Source: Lenisia limosa (Eukaryota > Protista > Breviatea). Taken from it: a stretch of 43,248 nt of DNA. Under the pieces are notes generated by a model. The model searched no databases, was not told the DNA's origin, and saw nothing but the letters and a program-made list of their open reading frames with translations. Where the stretch lies: the NCBI GenBank assembly GCA_001655205.1, contig LPNZ01009482.1:1-43248 (forward strand), read 5' to 3'. The first letter of the stretch is position 1, and each line of letters begins with the position of its first letter. The translations under genes and the position numbers were made by a program. Below, piece by piece: positions 20,501 through 29,851 of this stretch.

Positions 20501-23500
20501 GAGCCACAGAAGCAGTTTAGAAGTGTTAGCCATGAATTTATCAATATCTTTTAGCCATGATGGTATGTACACCAAGGCTGATACACCCTTTTTAGCATTT
20601 CTCGTCTGCACATCTGAAATTGATCAAAAAATAGTCTACAGAGACCTTCTCTTATTCTTACCGCCCAGTACCACGAAGGATTCCTCTACTCAGGATCACG
20701 AGATCGAACGATCAAACAGTGGGACATTTCGACAGGGCTGTGCACGGCAACATTCACAGGGCATAACGGCCAGGTTTGTGCACTGCTGATTAACTGACCT
20801 TCAGATTCTGTGTATGGCAATGGACAGCAGCAACAATATGATGGTAGGCTGCTCTTCATTTCAACACAAAAGCAGGTTGAATTTCTTGATCAAACCAAAT
20901 ATCAAATAAAAAATGATATCTATCTGTCTTGGGAATGTAATCAAGTTCTTTTTGGAAATGTTTAGGGCTTCCCTACGGTCCGAAAAGACCATCAAAATAT
21001 CGATATTTATCGAGACTATATTCAGACTTTTTTTGAGACTGTGGGGAAGCCCTAGTAAAGATAACCTATGCTTTCAGTGACGAGCCACTTTTACGTTTTT
21101 AGGTCAGCGGATCTGCTGATGGTTCTGTCTGCCTTTGGAGCCTCAGAGAAAAGGGCCAAGTTTCGGTTTGTGGTGGTAGCAATACTCACGGCAGTCTCAA
21201 CACTACCGAATTATATGATATCAATCAATATCATATGTACTAAGTATCGATAAATCTAGTTTTATGGAATTGAACAGAAGCCCAAGTGTTTGTTCTTTTT
21301 GAGGGAGAGACCAGAAATTTTAAATCAAATCTAGGGATGCAAAAGACTAAATAGGAATATCCAAGCTACCCCCCCCCTCAAAACCCACAATGACCTTGAC
21401 CCTTGAAGCCGCGAGCAACGGGTCAGCACAACGAGGCGGTCAACGCTCTCAGTCTCCTCGGCAACACCCTCATCACCGCGTCATCCGACAAGAGAGTCTG
21501 CGTGTGGGACCTCACAACCGGCTCTTCGGTCCTCACAAAGCCGGTTGCTTCCTTCATGTACGCTGTCAGTTTCAATGGCTGATATCGCATGTATATCATC
21601 TTTCATGTAACCAATTATAATTTATTTTGATCACCAAGCAGTTGTGGATTTCTCACCCCTCAGAGCCCCAGACTCGATTATGTCCATGTGTGTCGTCGCT
21701 GCCTCCATGGCATATAAGGCCTTCATTATTGTCTGTGGGGGTAATGTGATGAATCAAGTTCGAACAAGACCAGCATTCTTGAATATGAGATAATTCCATT
21801 CCATGACTTTATAACCCCCAAGGCTGCCGGATGTAAGGACGGCTCAGTCTGCTGCTTCCTGTCATCTCAAATTGATGCTGAAAACTGTTGGTGGAAGGGG
21901 GTTCTGGGTAATCTACTTGATTACCTTTACATAATAATAACTACGTTTAAATCTTTCATTAAATTCTCCATAAATATACTGGGAGTTTTACTGACCAACG
22001 TTATCATTATAACTTCTGAAGTCACGGATATTGCCCCTCAAGCAGTCTACCGCTACCACTCTGCTTCAGCCAACTACATGGTCGCCTGCAGTGCTCGTCC
22101 ACCTGCAAATGAACGTGGTATGCTCTTTAATCTCATTTTTGCTCATTTCTTATCTAAAGTTCTTTATTGTTGGCAAAGTATATAAGCCTTACCATCAGAA
22201 GAGGGAGGGGGTACACCTTTAATGTCACATTGAGCTATTAATGCAATAGAGTTTGTCCTTTTTATCACAATGACCCTCTCTGCACTTAACTCTAAAGCAT
22301 CCACCGCGAACACCTTTGTTGGGGGCGGTACGAACTTCACCTCCACCAAGTACGCTAAAGTGATGAAGAAAGTGACTTACTTGTGTTTGTTTGTGTTTCA
22401 ACCCTTGCTAGTCAGGCCTATTTTCTGTATTTCTACTTTCCGTTTATTTGTTGTCAATTCAGTGATATTGCAGGTTTGCCCCTGGAAAAGCGGAGCTGGT
22501 GTACCTTGTGTCCGGTGACAGCTCAGGCGGACTTGTGTCATGGGTTGTGAGCATTGTCTCCGATTCTCTTATGGGAGTAAGAGGGCTTTCAAAAGGGATT
22601 TAACAATGGAGTATTTTATATCAAGAGGGCTTCTAAAATGCTGATTTTTTTATGAATCCTCAATAAATATCCTGACGTTAAGCCACAATATGAAGCCCGA
22701 ACCTTATCGCCTCCAGATGGCAGCAAACGGCGGTATAGCACCCCATGATGACGCGATCAACTANNNNNNNNNNNNNNNNNNNNNNNNNNNNNNNNNNNNN
22801 NNNNNNNNNNNNNNNNNNNNNNNNNNNNNNNNNNNNNNNNNNNNNNNNNNNNNNNNNNNNNNNACTGCTTTGTCATGACTCTGTAGCCTCAAGAGACGGG
22901 ACCTGCAGGCTGCTTTCGTTGCCGACTGGCTCGGTTGTTCTGAAGATCGACACGCTTATCACTTCGCTGCACGCAACAACTCTCAGATCCGTCTTCGTGA
23001 CCGACGAATGCATTGTGAGCTTTATTGGGCTCAAGTTTCATGGTCCACAATGTTGTTTTTTCTTTTCCTTTTTTGCTCCACAGATTGGTATCACCTTGTC
23101 CCCCATTAAATATGAGGTCGTAGTCCTTTTGGTACACTGCTTTCTTATTGCCCAGTACCTGGCCTCCAAAGACGGCCGACTGAGGTGTCACAGTTTGATT
23201 GATGATGGAGAAGAGGTAATGTTGGCCCTAAAATTGTCAAATTCGAGGAGATAACAGCCACTCTCCATATTGGGTAGATAACTTGAGGCTCATTCCTCAG
23301 GTCTGGGCCAAGGATGGGCATGTCGATTACTTGAACCGCATCATTGTCGCTGAAGGGGCCGTCTATAGTGCTGGTATGTTGAGGCACTGGGCTTTTCCAT
23401 CCATTGTTGATTGTTTACTTGGCCCTTTTGGGTGGTGCAATAATTGAAAAATTATTTTTGGTATTTCAAGACGGTCATTTTGTTACAGAAATTCCTTTAC

Positions 23501-26500
23501 AGGCACTTTGATTTCAAATATCATCAGTCCATCCCTCCAAACAATGAGTCCCTTCACACTCAAGGCCGAGATCGAGTTATCCGAAAGTGGAATGCCAAAA
23601 ACGGGTCCCTTCTGAGAGTGTTCTCCTCACCGACAGAGCGGAAACCATGTGAGTGCAAGCTTGATTTTTTTTTATCATTAATTTCTGACTTCTTGGAAGG
23701 GGTAGCATCAATATTGTTTTTCACCATCTTTTTTCCAAAACCTTATTCCTATGTTATGTTGTGTGTTATGCACTTATTCTTTTATGCACAAGGTGAAGCA
23801 TTATTCTTTTGTTATGCTCTTTAGTGGAGAGAGCCCCAAAGATTGCCGCCTGGGTTGCCTGGTTCACTTTCGCGTTTGAAATGCTTCAGTTCACCTCGTT
23901 TGCCTTCAATGAAAACGTCAACTGGTGGGCTTGTAGCTGTTATTGGGAGAACCCCACTTTTGCCCGAATTAGACTGATACCTCTCGAAAAACTGTGTGAT
24001 CAATTAATCGAGTAATATTTGTCCCAAGCAGCAGAGATTCGATTGTGTTCAAGAGCTCCTTTTTGCAGTAAAGTCTCTCTTGAAATTAGGATCATAGAGA
24101 TCCGGCAGTTGACTGTACACAAAGAAAAAAACCCGCAGAAAACGACAGAAACAGGACTTCACAACAGTAACTCTTTAGGCCTTCATGGCACCCCCTGACA
24201 GTCCTCCTTCCGCCTCTCGCCCTCAACATCACCATCCCATCTGACTGGACCACGCCTGTTCTGGCTGGGGCGTCTTGCTTTGTGGGTCAGCCTTCTTCCT
24301 CAATTTCACCTTTGATTTGATTGATTTCAACCATAACAAGATTGTGTGTATTCTGAGCTGCATTATGCTTCGTTCTTGATTTCCAACATTTGTGCCTATT
24401 TAGAGGATTCAATAATCATATCGTTTATGGCCCCACGATGCCCTTGCTGACATCTTAGACGCTACTCTTCCTCTTTATGTTCTACCTGGCATCATCATTC
24501 AAAGGAGCGATCCCAGGATCGTTCATGTCCAAACTTTGGCCTCTTGCTTCTGGTAAGTCCCTTAATTGGGCTCATCTAAAAAGGTGTTGGCAACATCTGT
24601 AGTTAAAAAAAAAGTGATAAAAGTGGTATTTTATAATCAAAATTAAAAAAATAAATATTAATTTTGCTACTACAGGCATTTTTTTAAAAGAGCCACCTAT
24701 TTTTAGAAAAGCCCTAAATAGCACAGTCTATGACACCACAAATGGACACTGTCGTCACATAATAGACTGAATTCCCGATAAATATCGATATTTTGACGGT
24801 CTTTTTTGGACCGCAGGGAAGCCCAAGTCGTCACACTTCAGGCATCTGTTACTCCGGCTCCACAATGCTTGTTGTCCCCACCGCTCGTACGTTGTATCTT
24901 CAGGCATCGTGTGACAAGTCATGTGATACTGTGGGGGGGTAAGATGTTAGTCTCTGTTGTCAAAGACTGGTAAATATCGTTATTGTTCGAGACATTCGTT
25001 TTGGAAACACCTTACTTGTGTAAGACACTGAAAGAGAATTGGTTGGTTGTGCGATATTGCAGGAATGAAATGAATAACGTTTCAGGATGAAGATTGGGGA
25101 GTGGCCGTTCTTGCTGGAGTTCTCCTGCTACCCTACATTCTGACAGTTTTACGCCTTGTCCTGGTAGGGGGCTTCGTTTGGCAGTGAAGTTCATAATATT
25201 TGACTAAGTACACACTATAATAGGATTAAGTGTTATGTTGAGGCCTTCCCTTCAGCATCCAAAAGGACCTCTTTTCATGACAATGTCCTTTCTCAGATTG
25301 GTACTTTGCTCTTTTACCTTCAATATGACTACTCAAACATCCCCTGAGTAGCACATACCATATCCTTGTCCGCAATTTGTCAGACTTAACCAATGAAGGT
25401 CAACGGCATGCTGTCGCGTGTGGCAGTGTATCTCAAAATGAAGTGGTCTGAAGTGAGGGGGGGGGGCAATCAAGGAACGCAGACTTTTGTTCGATTGTAG
25501 TTCTATTCGAATTCTCAACCTTGAAATTACTCACCATCAGGACTCCCCTAATCTAGCTCGTGTGCACAACGCCTCCCTCCGCTCTGTCATGATCAATGTT
25601 CCAACGTATATCGTATGTTGGGCTTCACTTTGGGACGAAAAAAACGGGGAATACCGATATTGTGTAGTTTGCTATCCAAACATTAGATGAATCCTTCGTA
25701 TCATATCAAATGCTAACCTGCACCATTTCGCAACGTTGCTGGAAGGTAAAATAATGAAAACATTCGTCATTTCATCCATTTCAGTTCAAACTGCTTCTTG
25801 TTGTGGTATTTGTCAGCCTTTCCACTGACAATGCTTCAACACTCTCAGTCCTCAACGCCCTCGTACTTCCCCTCTTCATCTTCATCGTGAGTAGAGCTGA
25901 GTCTAATTCGTATTATTTCGTCAGAAACACCTGATTACAGAGAGGTGAAGAATATTACGTGTTAGGATAATTCCTTGATAAATCATCAAACTCGATACTA
26001 TAACTGTCGTAGTCTCCACCCCACTTCAAGACCTCCGCAAATGTCAGTCGATTTACGGCCTCATTCCTCGTCCTTTTTGCTCATGCATCGGCAAGGTATT
26101 TTTCGGGAGTAAATGGGCTTCACTTCGGTTCTAAAAAAACTGAACTATTATTTAACAAATCTTAAAAACAATGCATAAGTATAATTTTGGTATTTATACT
26201 TTGCCACATCCAGTCCAGACTCAAGCCAACTGACCGCGCAGGTTCCTTTTGGCATATCCGGAATACAGCGAGGAAGTAGCGCAGATCCACACGCTAGCTT
26301 CGGCCGCGATGGTGCCGATTTGCTCGCTACTGATGTATAGTCGCATCAAGTCCATGCAGAAGTCCTTCAAAGTCACCCGAACAGCCAACATGATTGCTGA
26401 GGTTGAAGATATGAAGGTGGCCTCTTCTCCATGTAACAGTCCTGGGTGTCTACTAATCATAAATGAGATGTGAAATTCTAGTATTACATGTTTACTGTAG

Positions 26501-26936
26501 ATATTGGATAAATAATTCCATCTTTTCTGCCTAATACGGCCGTCCCCCACACCCATCCGCTGTAACCCCGCAGCCTCCGACGCTGAAGGAGCTCGAGGAA
26601 TCCTCAACCACTCAAAACGGCGACTCGGGAGACTCGTTCTTCTGTGACGTTTGCGGCAGCAAGGTGGGGGGGTCTAGGTTGTCTTCCATTTGAACATCAT
26701 TTTTTGAAGTCTTTGGGAACAAAATTCATTTCTGCAAGTATATGTTAACGCATATATTATTTTTGATATGTAGAGTGGTATTTTCGAAACCAGGCGAAGT
26801 TCAATTTACGAATTCCTATGAGTTGCTTATGTTATGCTGTGTTAACCTCTATTAGGTTCCGCCAGCAATGTGGGATAGTCACCAGGACTCCCTGAAGCAC
26901 CAAGAAAACCTGAGTATCAAAGCGTCAAGACTCTAG
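15990..26936 (+). CDS. Multidomain protein: Rac-like GTPase + degenerate second Rho domain + PH-like + WD40 repeats + multi-pass TM domain + C2H2 (U1/matrin-like) finger
   Basis: About 40 exons joined in phase from ATG 15990 ([40 protein letters not shown]) to TAG 26934-26936. One N gap (22764-22863) interrupts the WD40 region. Some joins use weak donors (gtctgt, gttggt, gtacgc). Confidence 0.7.
17954..18035. repeat. Exact 41-bp tandem duplication in an intron
   Basis: tagataagcttaatgttctttgttacaaatgaaacgactaa x2. Confidence 0.95.
18595..18706. repeat. ~26-bp intronic tandem repeat (ctatttaccccatcagtgctcacact), about 4 copies
   Basis: Direct inspection; fills most of intron 18566-18713. Confidence 0.9.
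18770..18806. mobile_element. MITE family 1, internally deleted mini-copy
   Basis: agggcttcacttcgttttg...aagcccta; both ends retained. Confidence 0.7.
19369..19393. mobile_element. MITE family 1, solo TIR
   Basis: tagggtttcacttcggtagaaaaga. Confidence 0.65.
20447..23650 (+). other. Domain: WD40 repeat region
   Basis: [10 protein letters not shown]|[19 protein letters not shown]; GHNGQ|ILCMAM...[13 protein letters not shown]; [11 protein letters not shown]...[12 protein letters not shown]; AAGCKDGSV; [13 protein letters not shown]; ASRDGTCRL; ASKDGRLR; [11 protein letters not shown]. Confidence 0.92.
20963..21054. mobile_element. MITE family 1, gcttccct subfamily, full copy
   Basis: tagggcttccctacggtcc...gtggggaagcccta. 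Confidence 0.85.
24764..24824. mobile_element. MITE family 1 partial copy (gcttccct subfamily)
   Basis: agactgaattcccgataaatatcgatattttgacggtcttttttggaccgcagggaagccc. Confidence 0.75.
25621..25665. mobile_element. MITE family 1 partial copy
   Basis: gggcttcactttgggacgaaaaaaacggggaataccgatattg. Confidence 0.55.
26115..26146. mobile_element. MITE family 1 partial copy
   Basis: gggcttcacttcggttctaaaaaaactgaact. Confidence 0.7.
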
Positions 26937-27030
26937 TCCATATTTAGATGAATGTGAATGTAAGATTGTACCATAGCAATGAACGTTACATTGGCTCGAA
27001 GTCTTGATGGGATTCTTGTGTACCAGGCGA

Positions 27031-29430
27031 TTACTTCAGAGCTTGCCACCCTACAACTGTGGGCAGTCGGCCATATTCCTCAGTGAATCTGAACAGTCAG
27101 GCTCAAGAGCTCGAATATTGACTGTTTTTTCTCATAAAACGACAGGTCATCATAATCATTAGATTTGCAGCCCATATATCTTTCAAAAGACATCCAACGT
27201 CATGCCCCCTCCCCACTCCTCCTCATCGGTGCTACTCGGATTGACATCTTCCATCTGAATCGTCACACCACAAACAATGAACATTAAAAGAAAGGATGCC
27301 ACAGTATATCTCAATGAGAAATAAAAAACTAGTATCTGCCCGAAGCCGTCCACACCATCCCGCTTATCAAAGATATTGGATTATAGTATAATATTAATTC
27401 ACCCAATCATTTGCCTTACTCTGTGCACACAGCTTTTTGTGCCAATACTATGCTCTCACTTCTGTTTAAAAGAGGGGTGCACACAAATTCTTACTTGTCC
27501 TCTATTTCTCCACACCAACCTTTTCAGACTCTAAAGGAACCAGTTCTGACGGACAAAATTGTCTACGAAATAAGCGTTTCTTTCTTGAATAAACTATGTG
27601 CTCAAACTTCATTCACACAATAATCGACCCTTCTAACATGAATCGCTCCTCCATTCTCTTTAGTCTTTCATTAACATCCATTTTAGGCTCTTGACACAAA
27701 CGCTCCCCTGCAAAATAAGCATTCAAGAGGTACTACAATCGATATTCTTTTTTGGTCAAATCGAAAAAAATGGTGCTCTTTTTCCTAATAATAAACAACA
27801 TAAACTGCCGTTTTGTCTAACCAGGGTTGCCGTACATCACAAATGAGGGCCCAATCGTAGAATCAGAAGGAATGTGCGTTCCTGTGAACGTCAAGATATG
27901 ACAAAATCACGATAATTTATTTACCAAAGCGAAACCTTAGATATTTTTGCAGCAAACTTCATACTATTTAAACTTGGTGCTAAGGTAGAACACACCAACA
28001 CCCAGTCACCTGGTAATATGACAGCTCCTTCTTTGATAACCACTCGTTCACCCTATACGAGGTCATCAAGACATGGTATCGCCAAGACCTACAATAACAC
28101 ATCTCTCGCCGATGTGACACGCTTTTTCCAGCACTGATGCCTGGATTGATGCGCCTTTTCCAATGAAAACGCAATCCTCAATTTGCACCTTATGGTATCG
28201 CGTTCTGACGGAATGACGTTCCAAAAGGCCCCAAAAATCAGTTAACAAAAAACAATATAATATACTATGTCTAATGATGACTACTACGTGTTGACATGGG
28301 TGTTTTTTCTTGTAATATTTCTCAGATCATCCATTTTTATTGTTTTTGGCTTTCCTGAGAATCAATTCAATAAATTGGGGGAATCAAGGCATTATCTGGT
28401 TCAAAAAAACACAAACAAACAAGGAGTGTCTAGGGTTTACGCATATAGTATATGATATACCGTAAAAGCCCGAATTTAAGCAACCATTTATTATAGCCCC
28501 CCCCCCCCCGCTACATGTCATCTGGTGAGGATTGTTTCACTNNNNNNNNNNNNNNNNNNNNNNNNNNNNNNNNNNNNNNNNNNNNNNNNNNNNNNNNNNN
28601 NNNNNNNNNNNNNNNNNNNNNNNNNNNNNAGTATAACATCAGAAGAACTACATTTGTGAGCTTTTCGCAGTTCTCTTCCAACACAATCCTCCCTCCCAAA
28701 AACCACCACCTTTCTCAACATTTCACCATGCCCACGCTTCACCTTTCTCAACATTTCACCATGCCCACACTTCAACTTTCTCAACATTTCACCATGCCCA
28801 CGCTTCACCATGCCCACATTTCACCATGCCCACATTTCACCATGCCCACNNNNNNNNNNNNNNNNNNNNNNNNNNNNNNNNNNNNNNNNNNNNNNNNNNN
28901 NNNNNNNNNNNNNNNNNNNNNNNNNNNNNNNNNNNNNNNNNNNNNNNNNNCATTTCACCATGCCCACATTTCACCATGCCCACATTTCACAGTACTTCCC
29001 AACGCGGATGTCAGAGAGGTCACTTCGAATCACAACTCTTGGATGGACAATGCACTAATATTGACATCAGAAAATTTTGTACTAGATCTCTTTTGTCACT
29101 GAACGCAAGCTGAACAAACCTTTTCAACAACCAAGAACCTTCTGCCATCCCTAATCTTGGACTGTCGCGACAGCAGGCTTCCGCCAACATCTGGAAACTG
29201 TCAAAAGAATGGACAGACGATCCCAATTCTTCTCCATTTTTAAGCTTTCTCTCCCAGTGGAAAGGTTCAAACCTTTTCTTAGTTAGTGTATAAAAAGTGT
29301 CATTGACAGAAAAAAAAAGGCATCTGGAAGGGAAGATATGTCCCAGAATTCAAGCCCACACACTTCTCCACTCAGTGGGGTTATACGAACGCGGCTGGCT
29401 GGAAATATTTTCATCCGTTGAGACACGCAT
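27031..29430 (-). CDS. DCTN5: Dynactin subunit 5 (p25), left-handed beta-helix protein
   Basis: Exons read GGSLLSRQSKIRDGRRFLVVEK|CIVHPRVVIRSDLSDIRVGKYCEI...TRYHKVQIEDCVFIGKGASIQASVLEKACHIGERCVI|GERVVIKEGAVILP|GTHIPSDSTIGPSFVMYGNP. This is colinear with p25 as I recall it (SRQS, IRGDL.VRVG, HIGDHVFI, VGKNCVIG). Probable ATG 29430. One exon is partly in an N gap. The stop is either 27565-27563 or 27033-27031. Confidence 0.85.
27332..27443 (+). repeat. Dispersed repeat family 4, copy 2
   Basis: Shares aagccgtccacacc with copy 1, agatattggattatagtat with copy 3, and ctctgtgcacacagcttttt with copy 1. Confidence 0.85.
28709..28989. repeat. Intronic minisatellite (catttcaccatgccca 16-mer within ~35-bp units), partly collapsed into an N gap
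   Basis: Direct inspection. Confidence 0.9.
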
Positions 29431-29851
29431 CTAAAGAAAGTTAGCATCAAAACTGCTAATTGATTCCATTCAATACGCCAAAAAAGATGAAATCGACTTA
29501 CACTGAAAAGTGTCCAAAACAGCGAACAGGCTGAACTCAGATTGTTTTTATTTATAGTTTATTTAACTTAATTTAGGCTTGATTTAAAAAGTGGAAAGGT
29601 CAAATGGTCAAAGGGATGGTTCCATGGACAAAAGGGACTACAAAGTTCCCGGTACGGCACCTTGCTATTCCTCCGAAAAAATCATGTCTTTTGTCCTTTA
29701 GTCCTTTTAATAAGAGTAACAACCACAGGTTGGTGTGTGTTGTGTTTTCTTCGTCTGTGCTCTGCATATACACAGCATAGTTTGTTGGGGGAGGGAAGTG
29801 ACTCATTTTTGTGATCGACGCATGCATGTCACAATCGCAGAAAGACCTCAG

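Larger units (their letters stand above)
23825..26410 (+). other. Domain: multi-pass membrane region (about 8 hydrophobic helices)
   Basis: [22 protein letters not shown]; VLAGASCF|[11 protein letters not shown]; [19 protein letters not shown]; [19 protein letters not shown]; INVPTYI|[12 protein letters not shown]; [15 protein letters not shown]; [14 protein letters not shown]; [15 protein letters not shown]. Helix count judged by eye. Confidence 0.75.

Noticed and set aside
1191-28989. CRISPR array interpretation of the tandem repeats
   Set aside because: Units are contiguous with no unique spacers, there are no cas genes, and the context is eukaryotic introns.
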